A stretch of DNA of 64,000 bases from Nannocystaceae bacterium ST9 (lineage in GTDB: Bacteria; Myxococcota_A; Polyangia; Nannocystales; Nannocystaceae): positions 1,605,642 through 1,669,641 of the forward strand of contig JBLWFJ010000001.1 in assembly GCA_048320885.1 (NCBI GenBank). The letters are read 5' to 3'. Under the pieces are notes generated by a model, which worked only from the letters and a program-made list of their open reading frames with translations, did not search any database and was not told where the DNA came from. Made by a program: the position numbers and the translations under genes. Below are positions 18,623-27,676 of the stretch, piece after piece; the first letter of the stretch is position 1; every line of letters starts with the position of its first letter.

Positions 18623-19054
18623 ATGGCCGCCGATCCTCGAGACGACTTCTCGGTCTTCGCCGACGTCGAGCACATGTTCTTCGGGCTCACGGATCCCTTC
18701 GCGCTGATCCGCGACGAGATCACCGAGAGCCTGACTCGCCAGGTCGCGTCGACTCGGGTCGAGTCGATCCGCTGCGCGGGCGAGCCGAAGTTTCTGACCT
18801 TGGGCCGCCGGCGCGACGACGAGCCCGACACGCTGATCGTGACCTACTTCGCCTGCTGCTTTCGCTGCTCGATCGAGGTCGCGACCGCGGCCGACCGCGA
18901 GCGACTCGACGCGACCGTGACGCTCTGCTTCGGCGAGGTCGACCGGCCGGGCCACGAGCGGATGCGCAGCTTCCTCGACGTGCACGCCGACGCCGAGCGA
19001 GCGTTCGAGGACGCGGAGTTTCAGCTCCGCTTCCTCGGGTTTCGCAACGAGTGA
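18623..19054 (+). CDS. Hypothetical protein
   Basis: Clean high-GC3 frame, 143 aa, no recognisable motifs. Convergent with the giant STAND gene and 1 nt from its stop. Confidence 0.55.
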   Translation: MAADPRDDFSVFADVEHMFFGLTDPFALIRDEITESLTRQVASTRVESIRCAGEPKFLTLGRRRDDEPDTLIVTYFACCFRCSIEVATAADRERLDATVTLCFGEVDRPGHERMRSFLDVHADAERAFEDAEFQLRFLGFRNE

Positions 19055-19055
19055 G

Positions 19056-22000
19056 TCACGGCGCGGGCGCGAACATCCGCGCGAGCTTGGCCTCGACCGC
19101 GACTCGAACCGGGTGGCTGGCGTCGATCCGTTGAAGCAGGGCGCTCAGCTCGGGCAACACCTGGCTGCCGGCCATGACTTGTCCGGTGCCGAACAGACTG
19201 GCGACGTAGCCGGGGCCGGCCTGGACCTGCTCGAAGGGCAGGTCGGCGTCGCGGGCAGCCTCCCAGGCGTCGCGCGCCCAGACCAGCGCCTCGCTCGGCT
19301 GCTTGCGCGCGAACACGTCGAGCTCGGCGAGCAGGATCAGACTCGGGATCGTCCGCGGCGTTCGGCGCGAGCCGAAGAGCTGGGTCTCGGCGGCGATCGA
19401 CGCGTGCAGCAGGCCGTGCGCCTCGTCGACCCGGCCGCGATGCACGAGCAGGGTCGCGAGCGTGTGCATGGTCATGGTCACCTCGGCGTGCACGTCGGTC
19501 GCATGGATCTCGCGCTTGATCGCCAGGCTCTCGCGCAGCAGCGACTCGGCCTCGTCGAAGCGAGCTTGGCCGAGCAGGGCGCTGGCCAGGCCGTGCAGGG
19601 TCGAGGCGACGTCGGCGTGGCGACGGGTCGCGAAGATTCGAACTTGCAGCTCGAGGTTGGCGCGGTAGCAGGCCTCGGCCTCGTCGTACTTGCCCTGCGC
19701 GAGCAGGGCGTTGGCCAAGCCGTGCGCGACCGCGGCGAGCTCGGGATGATCGACCTGGCCGTAGGCTCGCTGCTTGATCGCCAGCGCCTCGCGGGCGAGC
19801 TGCTCGGCCTCGGGCGCCCGCCCGCGATGAAAGGCGAGGTTGGCCAGGCCGGCGAGGCCCGCCGCGATGTCGGCGTGCTCGCGCGAGCCGTGCACGCGCT
19901 CGAGGATTGCGATCGACTCGCGATAGGCGGCTTCGGCCCGGTCGTACTCGCCCGATCCAGACAGCGCGTTGGCGAGCCCGTGCAGGGACGAGGCGACATG
20001 CGGGTGCTCGCGGGTGCCGAACACCCGCTGCTTGACGACGATGCTCTGCTCGAACGCCGCGATCGCGTCGGCGTACTTGCCTTGGCAGTCGAGCACGTCG
20101 CCGAGCCCTCGCAGCACGGTCGCGAGCGAGGGGTGATCTTCGTCGCCGACCAGCGAGCGCAGGATCGCGGCGGCCTCGCGATAGTCGGCCTCGGCCTCGC
20201 CGAGCTCGCCGAGCTGAGCCAGCGTGTTGGCCAGGCCGTGCAGCGCGAGCGCGACCTCGGGGTGCGCGTGCCGACCGAAGCCCTGCTCGATCTTGGCGAT
20301 CGCCTCACGATAGTTGGTCTCGGCCTCGCGCAGCTTGCCTTGCCGCAGCTGGGCCGACGCGAGCCCGGCCAGCGCGATGCCGAAGTCGGGGCGAGCCTGC
20401 AGACCGAGGCGCTCTTCGATCGCCAGCGCCTGGCGATACTCGGCCTCGGCCTCGCCGTACTTGCCTTGCCCGAGCAGGATGTTGGCCAGACCGGCGTGCG
20501 AGATCGCCAGGTCGGCGGGGCTCTGCCCGGCCTCGCCGGCCAGCGCGATCGATCCGCGAGCGTGGACCTCGGCCTCGCGGTAGCTGCCCATCGACTGGGC
20601 CGCGGCGCCGCAGTGGTGCAGCCAGGTGTCGCGCTGCGCGAGCGGCCAGTCGACCTCGCGCAAGCCATCGAGGAACTCCTTGCGCAAGCGGTAGAGCCCG
20701 GCTTGGTGCATGGTCGACGAGATCGCGATCATCACCCGCTCGGCGCCCTCCCACTGCTCGGCGGCGAGGTAGTGGCCGAGCGCCTCCTGCAATCCGGCGA
20801 GGTCGCGCTCGAGCATGCCGCACTGCTCGCGATGTCGACCGAGCAGCGCGCGACCGGACTTGGTCCAGGCCGGGCGTCCGGCGAACTGCTTGCCGACCGA
20901 CTCGCGGACCAGCGAGTGCAGGGCCCACGCGTCCTCGCCCGCGAAGCGACCGAGCAGACCGAGCGCGGCCAGGCGGTCGTCGCCGCTGCCGAGCCGCTCG
21001 ATGATCGCCCGCGGGACCGGCCGCTGGATCGCCGAGCACTCGCCGAGCAGGGCGAGCTCGTCGGGCGCGAGACAGGCGATCAGGCTGCCGAGCGCGAGCC
21101 GCTGCTCGACCTTGGCCCCGAGCCCGGCCAGCGCGGGATCGAGGTAGGCCGCGCGCATGATCTCGACGTCGCCGTCTTCGTCGAGCGGCGGCGCGCCCGG
21201 GAGCTTGCGCAGGCTGATCAGGCCGTTGATCCAGTCGACCGTGCCGGGGTGACCGTCGATCCGCTCGGTCAACTGCTCGCGCAGCGGCTCGGGCAGGCGT
21301 TGAAGCGGGTGCTTCCACGCGGTCATGCGATAGATCTCGGCCTTGCTGCACGGCGGGATCGACTCCCAGCAGCCGCACTCGCCGGCCGGCAGGTGGCGCG
21401 AGGTCATCAGCAGGGTCGTGTCGCCCTCGATCTCGCGCGCGAGGCAGGCGAAGAACCCGACCAGCGCCTCGTCGCGCCACTCGACGCCGCGCTCGGAAGA
21501 CGCCGCGCTCGCCTGCATCGACTCGAGGTTGTCGAGGTAGAGCACCCCGCCGCGAGCCAGGCCGAGCAGGAGTCGAGCGAGCGCCTGCGGGCGATCCTCG
21601 GCCCGGTCGAGCGCCTCGAGCCGCGCGTCCCAGTCCGCGGGCTTGCGCGGATGCTTGCCGATCACGCGCCGAACCAGGCCGAGCAGCCAGACGAAGGGCG
21701 TGGTTCGAGTGGCCTGCTCGACGTAGTCGCCGATCGGCAGGGCGATCACGTCGCCGGCGTCCTCGCTGCAGATCAGCGCGAAGCGGGTCATGGTCGTGGT
21801 CTTGCCGAGCCCGCCGAGCCCGTGGAGCCCGAGCGCTCGCTCGCCTCGCTTGCGGAGCTTGCGAAGCCGCGCGAGCAGCCGGCGACGACCGATGAAGCCG
21901 TGCTCGAGCACCGGCAGGCCCTCGGCGCCGGCCAGCTCGATCCGCTCGGGTCGCAGCACGTCCTCGAGCTGCTTGGTCTGGCGCAGCTTGCCGGCGACCA

Positions 22001-23960
22001 GGTCGCGATCGGGCCCGCGATGATAGAGCGCGAGCATCGACCAGGCGAAGGGGTAGCGAACGAAGCCGAGCGGGGTGTCGAGCACCTCCTTGCTGCTCAG
22101 CCGCGCGCGACGAACGGCCTCGACGGTCCGCTCGGTCGCGACCAGCTCGCGAAACAACGCGCGATCGATCCGGGCGATCAAGACGTCGGGGATCGGCCCG
22201 AAGTAGCCGAGCACCTGCGGGATCCCGCGGCGATGAAGTTGAGCGGCGATCGAGACCTCGCGGGCCGAGGCCGCATTCGAAGCCACGTCGCCCTCGGAGG
22301 CCACGCCCACGCTCGCCCCGTGCCCACACGAGAGCCAGAACGCGGCCGGAAGGCGCGAGGCGGCGGCGGCCAGGCGATCGCAGACGCTGGCGATCTCGAT
22401 CGGCGCGGGCCCGCCGTCCTCGTCCTCGAACAAGAGCTCGCCCGGCGCACCGCGGCCCGAGAAATGCAGGATCGTCGGCCGCTCGATCGCCCGCACGGCC
22501 TCGACCAGATCGTCGAGCGTGCCGAGCTCGGTGAAGCGCACGTAGCCGCGCAGCGGATCGAGGGCGCGGGCGATCCGGTACGAGGCGGCCTCGAGATCCT
22601 GGCTCGAGCCCTCGTCGGTCTCGGGCGCGGCCACGTGCGCGACGATCCGCGGGACGGTCGAGTCCTCGGGCAGCGGCTGCGCGCCGGGGACCACGACCTC
22701 GCGGATCAGGTTGAGGCTGCCGTTGCCGACCGGGAACTCGCCACGCACGCAGACCAGCTCCCAGGGCAGCAGCAAGACCGCGTCGACCTCGGCCGGATCA
22801 CCGTCGACGCGCAGCGCGAGGCTGGCCGGCTCGCTCATCGCCGCCGACCCGATCAGCTCGACCAGCCGCGCGGCGGCCTTGCTCGGCAACACGCCGAACA
22901 GCCGCTCGCCGATCGCCCGCGCGCGGGTTCGAATCCCGGCCGCGAGCGCCTCGCTCTCCGAATCGAGCTCGCCGTGGCGGGTGCACGAGAGCCCGCGCGC
23001 GGCCAGGGCCTGCAGCTCGCCGAGTTCGACCAGCGAGAGCTTCGGCGGATCGATCTCGACCCGCTCGCCGAGCGCCTCGACGGTCCAGCGCGGCCCGGGT
23101 CGGATCACCAGCGCGAGCTCGCGGGCGCCGGCGATCACCACCTCGTCGGCCAGCGCCTCGAACCAGCGCGGCAGCGTGACGAAGTCGGGCAGCTCGACTC
23201 GCTGGATGTGCTTGAGCACCTCGGCGTAGCTGCGCCCGTCGGTCCACTTCAGCGCCTGCAAGGTCGCGCCCTCGCCCGGGCCGATCACCGCGCGCCACAG
23301 GTGGAGCAGGCGACGCTGCTCGGCCGGCAACTCCGAGGTCCAGCGCAGCAGCCGAGGATCTTGCAGCGAGCAGCCGACGAAGAGCACGCGATTTTGCCGG
23401 AGCAGCACCTCGAGCTCGTGGATCGCCAGCGGATGGCGGCGCTCGTAGAGCGAGTAGCTCTCGCCGGTCAGCACCGCCGAGGTCCAGTCGTCCCAGGTCC
23501 CGTGGATCGCCAGGTAGAGCGGCAGGCCCTCGCCGGCCAGGTGCAGGCCGCGGTCGAGCTGCGAGAAGCGATGCGGCGCGCCGATCATCTCGCAGGCGCG
23601 CCGCAGCAGCAGGTCGTAGCAAGTGTCGATGATCGCCTTGAAGCGGCCGGCGGCGATCAGCTTGGCGAGGTGGAAGTGCAGCGGGCCCGGCTGGGGCGTG
23701 CGGCCCTGCTTGCGAAACTCCTGCTCGAGGAAGCGATGCAGCTCGCCCTCGCCGAGGTTCTGCACGAAGTCGTCGATCCACGCGTAGGGATCGTCGGACG
23801 CGGGCGGCTGCCAGTTGTCGGCCTCCTTGCGGCGCAGCGCGTCGACCAGCGCCCACAGGGTCGGCAGCGGTGGGTCGGCTTGGCAGCTGGCGCCCGCGCC
23901 GAGCCAGAGGATCGGCCGGCTGTCGTTGCTGAACAGGCCGCGGATCTTCTCGACGCTCAC
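19056..23960 (-). CDS. SIR2 - CHAT (caspase-like) - NB-ARC/STAND NTPase - TPR multidomain protein (NLR/Avs-like), about 1634 aa
   Basis: SIR2-like N-terminus: ILWLGAGAS, TCYD, VLFVGCSLQDPRLLRW. CHAT: LPWELV, ILHFSGRG, FWLSCGHGAS, LGYFGPIPD. P-loop GLHGLGGLGKTTT plus Walker B VLYLDNLE. About 10 TPR_12-type repeats (HPxVAxxLxxLAxxLxxQGKYxEAE). Start set at GTG 23960 (VSVEKIRGLFS) with GAGG 4 nt upstream; the upstream 64 codons of the listed ORF are R-rich junk. Confidence 0.85.
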   Translation of the reverse strand: MSVEKIRGLFSNDSRPILWLGAGASCQADPPLPTLWALVDALRRKEADNWQPPASDDPYAWIDDFVQNLGEGELHRFLEQEFRKQGRTPQPGPLHFHLAKLIAAGRFKAIIDTCYDLLLRRACEMIGAPHRFSQLDRGLHLAGEGLPLYLAIHGTWDDWTSAVLTGESYSLYERRHPLAIHELEVLLRQNRVLFVGCSLQDPRLLRWTSELPAEQRRLLHLWRAVIGPGEGATLQALKWTDGRSYAEVLKHIQRVELPDFVTLPRWFEALADEVVIAGARELALVIRPGPRWTVEALGERVEIDPPKLSLVELGELQALAARGLSCTRHGELDSESEALAAGIRTRARAIGERLFGVLPSKAAARLVELIGSAAMSEPASLALRVDGDPAEVDAVLLLPWELVCVRGEFPVGNGSLNLIREVVVPGAQPLPEDSTVPRIVAHVAAPETDEGSSQDLEAASYRIARALDPLRGYVRFTELGTLDDLVEAVRAIERPTILHFSGRGAPGELLFEDEDGGPAPIEIASVCDRLAAAASRLPAAFWLSCGHGASVGVASEGDVASNAASAREVSIAAQLHRRGIPQVLGYFGPIPDVLIARIDRALFRELVATERTVEAVRRARLSSKEVLDTPLGFVRYPFAWSMLALYHRGPDRDLVAGKLRQTKQLEDVLRPERIELAGAEGLPVLEHGFIGRRRLLARLRKLRKRGERALGLHGLGGLGKTTTMTRFALICSEDAGDVIALPIGDYVEQATRTTPFVWLLGLVRRVIGKHPRKPADWDARLEALDRAEDRPQALARLLLGLARGGVLYLDNLESMQASAASSERGVEWRDEALVGFFACLAREIEGDTTLLMTSRHLPAGECGCWESIPPCSKAEIYRMTAWKHPLQRLPEPLREQLTERIDGHPGTVDWINGLISLRKLPGAPPLDEDGDVEIMRAAYLDPALAGLGAKVEQRLALGSLIACLAPDELALLGECSAIQRPVPRAIIERLGSGDDRLAALGLLGRFAGEDAWALHSLVRESVGKQFAGRPAWTKSGRALLGRHREQCGMLERDLAGLQEALGHYLAAEQWEGAERVMIAISSTMHQAGLYRLRKEFLDGLREVDWPLAQRDTWLHHCGAAAQSMGSYREAEVHARGSIALAGEAGQSPADLAISHAGLANILLGQGKYGEAEAEYRQALAIEERLGLQARPDFGIALAGLASAQLRQGKLREAETNYREAIAKIEQGFGRHAHPEVALALHGLANTLAQLGELGEAEADYREAAAILRSLVGDEDHPSLATVLRGLGDVLDCQGKYADAIAAFEQSIVVKQRVFGTREHPHVASSLHGLANALSGSGEYDRAEAAYRESIAILERVHGSREHADIAAGLAGLANLAFHRGRAPEAEQLAREALAIKQRAYGQVDHPELAAVAHGLANALLAQGKYDEAEACYRANLELQVRIFATRRHADVASTLHGLASALLGQARFDEAESLLRESLAIKREIHATDVHAEVTMTMHTLATLLVHRGRVDEAHGLLHASIAAETQLFGSRRTPRTIPSLILLAELDVFARKQPSEALVWARDAWEAARDADLPFEQVQAGPGYVASLFGTGQVMAGSQVLPELSALLQRIDASHPVRVAVEAKLARMFAPAP

Positions 23961-24001
23961 GCCTCGATCGTAGCGCCCGGTGGGTTGGTTACGATGCGCG
24001 A

Positions 24002-24952
24002 GTGAGCGTCGATCGTCGGACCTGGCTCGCGGGTGTGTCGACCACGATCGGCTGCTTGGCCTGCGAACGCGCGGCTCCGCGGACGGCGAGCGAACGCGAG
24101 CCGACTCCGAGTGAGGATCGCGAGCCTTTGCCACCCGGCCACGAACCCCCACCGTCGGGTCTGCCGATCGGCGACGAGCCTGGCCAGGATCTCGCGAGCT
24201 TCCTCACCGAGCCCCGCCGCCCGATCACGGCCGAGCGGCGCACGCTCGAGCTCTTGCCGATCGGCGAGTACCCGCGCGGCTTCGTCGTCGAGTACGAGCG
24301 CGTGCACCTGGTCCGCAGCCCCGAGCTCGAGCTGCTGCGTCGCTTCGCCAGCGCGTGGTTCGGCCTGCCGGTGCGGGTCGCCGCGGCGCTCTCCGACGAG
24401 CTGCTCGAGACCCAGGCCCCCCAGCGCGAGTTCGAAGGTCGTCGGCAGTTCGACGCCGAGGCGCTGCTCGGCACGCTCGCCCCGCTGCGATCACCCGACG
24501 CCCACTCGCTGCTCGGGTTGACGCTCGAGGATCTCTGGTCGCCCTCGCTCGAAGGTCAGTGGGTGTTCGGGCTGGCGGCGGTCGAGCGCGGGCTGGCGAT
24601 CCACAGCATGCTCCGCTACGACCCCGGCCTGCGCAGCGCCGACGAGCGCCCACCGGACTTCGAGCGAATCATCCGCGATCGTGGCTTGCGGGTGCTGGTC
24701 CACGAGCTCGGTCACCTGCTGGGCATCCGTCATTGCGTGCACTTTTGTTGCGTGATGAATCCTACTGCGGGGCTCGCCGACCTCGATCGCCTGCCCTTGC
24801 GACTATGCCCAATCTGTCTCGACAAGCTGAACGCGGCGACCGGCGTCGATCGACTCGCTCGCGCGCTCGCGCTGCGAGACCTCTACGCCGAACTCGGGAT
24901 GATCGTGGAGCGCGACTGGATGAATGCACGAATCGCCGAAGCGACTCCATGA
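24002..24952 (+). CDS. Archaemetzincin-like zinc metalloprotease (peptidase M54-like), Tat-lipoprotein
   Basis: HELGHLLGIRHCVHFCCVMN...LCPICLD matches the archaemetzincin HExxHxxGxxHC...C...CxxC signature. N-terminus DRRTWLAGVSTTIGC is a Tat motif with a lipobox. Divergent from the STAND gene. Confidence 0.75.
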   Translation: MSVDRRTWLAGVSTTIGCLACERAAPRTASEREPTPSEDREPLPPGHEPPPSGLPIGDEPGQDLASFLTEPRRPITAERRTLELLPIGEYPRGFVVEYERVHLVRSPELELLRRFASAWFGLPVRVAAALSDELLETQAPQREFEGRRQFDAEALLGTLAPLRSPDAHSLLGLTLEDLWSPSLEGQWVFGLAAVERGLAIHSMLRYDPGLRSADERPPDFERIIRDRGLRVLVHELGHLLGIRHCVHFCCVMNPTAGLADLDRLPLRLCPICLDKLNAATGVDRLARALALRDLYAELGMIVERDWMNARIAEATP

Positions 24953-25056
24953 TCGCGCGAGCGTCGATTCACGTGATTCAGAGCATGGCCCCGATCGACA
25001 TCGACTAGATCTCATGGACAGGGCTGCCCCACCCGCGGGCGTGGTAGGTTGCCGGC

Positions 25057-25629
25057 ATGCGAGCGAACCTGATCCCCCTGATGCTCTTCGTCGCCCCCTT
25101 GCTGATCAGCCCGCCGACCCGGGCGGAAGGCCCCGATTCGCCCGATCTGTGCGCGGAGCGGGTGCTCGACGTCACCGGCGAGGTGTTCTCCGACTCGGTC
25201 GGCCAGACCATCTCGCGCTTTTGCAAGCCGCGCGTCGATCCGCCGATTCTCGATCGAGACGTCTGCTGCGTGATCGGCGATTCGGCGCGCTGCAAATTGC
25301 CGAATGCCGAGGGTCGCTGCACGAGCGGCATGAAGTTCTGGTGCGAGTATGGCGAGATCGATGGATCGACCGTGGACTGCTTCCAGGATGGCCCCGACGC
25401 CTGCGAGCAGGGCCATTGTTCGTCGCCGGACGAGATCGACGCGAATACCCATCTGTTCGCGGACTCGAGCTGGATCTGCTGCAACGACGCGGGTGACGAA
25501 TGCGTGTATGTCGGCGAAGGCGGCGCTACCCCGCCACCCGACGCCCTGGCCTGCTACAGCGGCAACATCACGATCTGCAGTTGGGGCGCGACTAACGAAG
25601 ACGGGACGGTCGACTGTCTCGGGACTTGA
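25057..25629 (+). CDS. Secreted cysteine-rich protein (18 Cys, 190 aa)
   Basis: Signal peptide MRANLIPLMLFVAPLLISPPTRAEG. GC3 is lower than in neighbouring genes. No known motif. Confidence 0.65.
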   Translation: MRANLIPLMLFVAPLLISPPTRAEGPDSPDLCAERVLDVTGEVFSDSVGQTISRFCKPRVDPPILDRDVCCVIGDSARCKLPNAEGRCTSGMKFWCEYGEIDGSTVDCFQDGPDACEQGHCSSPDEIDANTHLFADSSWICCNDAGDECVYVGEGGATPPPDALACYSGNITICSWGATNEDGTVDCLGT

Positions 25630-27022
25630 GCTCGATCGACTCGCTCGACTCGGACGCCTCGGCGCGTCGGTGAAGCCGGCGCGCCTCGTCTTCACCTTCG
25701 GCGTCGCCCTGCTGCACGGCCAGCGTGATCACCTGCAAGGTGATCAGCTGGGCGACGCGGCTGGCCTCGTCGCCCTGCGAGCTCGGGGTGCCCTCGGCCG
25801 AGACCACCGCGACCTCGGCCAGCGCGAGCGCCCGATCGAGCGGGACCCCGGCGAGCCGCTCGGCCGCCTGGAACTCTTCCCAGGCCGCGAGCGAGTGGCC
25901 GGCCCGAAGCATGGCGATCGCGTGATCGACGTTGGGCTCGTCCTTGGCCGCCGTCGCGGCGGCCAAGCCGGGCCCGAGCAGTTCGTGCATGTGGTAGCCG
26001 GAGCCCAGCGAGAGCCCGACCACGGCGATGACCGCGGTCGAGAACGCCACGCCACGCAGGTCGGCCAGCACCCGAGTTCGCGAGCGAGGGGCCGACTCGT
26101 GAATCGCCCCGAGCACCTCGAGCATGCGGGCCATCGTCGGTCGGGCCGCGATCTCGTCGGCGAGCGCGAGCCCCAACACTTCGAGCACCGGCGAGGGCAG
26201 CCGCGAGCGCACGCGATCGCGCGAGACCGAGAGCTCGAGCGCGACCATGGTCGCGCGAGCGAACGCGAACACGTCGCCGGCCGGCACCCACACGCCGTGA
26301 TCGCGCTCGGGCGGCATGTAGGCGATGGTCCCGGCGATCGGCCCGAACTCGCGCGGGCGACCGGCCAGGCCGAAGTCGGCCAGCAGCGCCCGCTCGTCGT
26401 GGATCAGGATGTTGTTGGGCTTGACGTCGCCGTGAACGATGCCGAGCGCGTGGCACCACGCGAGCGCGCGGCCGGCCTCGAGGCAACGAGCGAGCACCTC
26501 GGGCCACGCGTGGGTGCGGGCGTAGTCGGTCAAGGTCCGGCCCTCGCACCACTGCAAGACGATGTACGTGCGATCTTCGAACACGCCGGCGTCGTGGACC
26601 AAGACCACGTTGGGATGCGCGACCGCGGCGAGCATCCGCGCCTCCTTGGCCGCCGCGGTGTCGAGGATCTTGAGCACGATCGGCCGACCGAGCACGCGAT
26701 CGACCGCGAGGTAGACCCACGCCGACTTGCTGGTCGTGCTCGACAGTCGCTTGCACAACAAGAAGCGCAGCGGGTGCTGCTGCTCGAGCAGCCACTCGGC
26801 GGCCTCGTCGTGCGGCAGGTCGAGGCAGCGCGCGACCGCGGCGACGATCAGCAGGTCGCCCGAGCGATGCGCGTCGGGCAGCTCGGGTCCCCACCACAGC
26901 GGCAAGTCGGATCCGATCGGGCGCGAGCCGGACTCGCTCGAGCTCGACCCCGAGGCGAACCCCGACGAGTGCGGGAGCAGGGCCTCGCCCTCTGGCTCCT
27001 CGACGCGCGCCACTTCCGACAT
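25592..27022 (-). CDS. Membrane Ser/Thr protein kinase (degenerate glycine loop)
   Basis: HGDVKPNNIL catalytic loop, DFGLA, PPE. A C-terminal TM helix is followed by an extracytoplasmic tail. Start at internal ATG MSEVARVEE. Divergent from the ECF sigma gene. Confidence 0.75.
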   Translation of the reverse strand: MSEVARVEEPEGEALLPHSSGFASGSSSSESGSRPIGSDLPLWWGPELPDAHRSGDLLIVAAVARCLDLPHDEAAEWLLEQQHPLRFLLCKRLSSTTSKSAWVYLAVDRVLGRPIVLKILDTAAAKEARMLAAVAHPNVVLVHDAGVFEDRTYIVLQWCEGRTLTDYARTHAWPEVLARCLEAGRALAWCHALGIVHGDVKPNNILIHDERALLADFGLAGRPREFGPIAGTIAYMPPERDHGVWVPAGDVFAFARATMVALELSVSRDRVRSRLPSPVLEVLGLALADEIAARPTMARMLEVLGAIHESAPRSRTRVLADLRGVAFSTAVIAVVGLSLGSGYHMHELLGPGLAAATAAKDEPNVDHAIAMLRAGHSLAAWEEFQAAERLAGVPLDRALALAEVAVVSAEGTPSSQGDEASRVAQLITLQVITLAVQQGDAEGEDEARRLHRRAEASESSESIELKSRDSRPSRLR

Positions 27023-27155
27023 TCGCCGGAATGTACCCCATCCGCGGGCCTGGCCACTGTCCCAACGATCAAGATGGCCAAACCCGCGCGATTGGGCCGC
27101 AGGAGGGGCTTCACGCGCCGCTTGGGCAGCCGGCCCGACCGTGGGATAGTCGGCC

Positions 27156-27671
27156 ATGGCCGAGTTCCCGGGCGACGACACCATCCGCTCGTTGAGTCGT
27201 GAATTGTTGGTCTACCTGCGCCGCAAGATCCCGCCGGACACCGACGCCCGCGACTTCGTCGGCGAAGTCTGGGTCCGCGCAGCCGACCGCGAGCCGCGAG
27301 TCGGCATCCGAGCGCTCTGCTTCGGGATCGCCAATCGGATGATCGCCCAGCTCTACCGCGAGCGCCGAGGCCCGCGTCAGCGCGGCCACACCGTCGACGA
27401 CGCCACGCTCGCGGCCATGGCCAGCCAGGGCACCGGGCCCGCGACCGCGATGATCCGCAGCGAGGAGCGCGAAGCCCTGCAGGCCGCGCTGCACTCGATC
27501 CCCGAGGTCTATCGCGAGGTCGTCGCGCTCAGCCTCGCCGGGCTCGACAACTTCGAGATCGCCGAGAAGCTCGCGCTCGAGTACCACACCGTTCGCTCGC
27601 GACTCTCGCGGGGCCTGGCCAAGCTGCGGGCCGAAGTCGCCGCGAGCAAGCTGATCGTCGACACCAACTGA
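27156..27671 (+). CDS. ECF-type RNA polymerase sigma-70 factor
   Basis: Region 2 (VGEVWVRA) and region 4 HTH (NFEIAEKLALEYHTVRSRLSRGLAKLR). Confidence 0.8.
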   Translation: MAEFPGDDTIRSLSRELLVYLRRKIPPDTDARDFVGEVWVRAADREPRVGIRALCFGIANRMIAQLYRERRGPRQRGHTVDDATLAAMASQGTGPATAMIRSEEREALQAALHSIPEVYREVVALSLAGLDNFEIAEKLALEYHTVRSRLSRGLAKLRAEVAASKLIVDTN

Positions 27672-27676
27672 TCGAG

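Noticed and set aside
19113-24005. 1630-aa plus-strand ORF antisense to the STAND gene
   Set aside because: Its composition is dominated by R/A/G/D/E/L low-complexity runs with no motifs, and GC3 is poor. The minus strand carries clear SIR2, CHAT, P-loop and TPR motifs. This is the typical long antisense ORF of a high-GC coding region.
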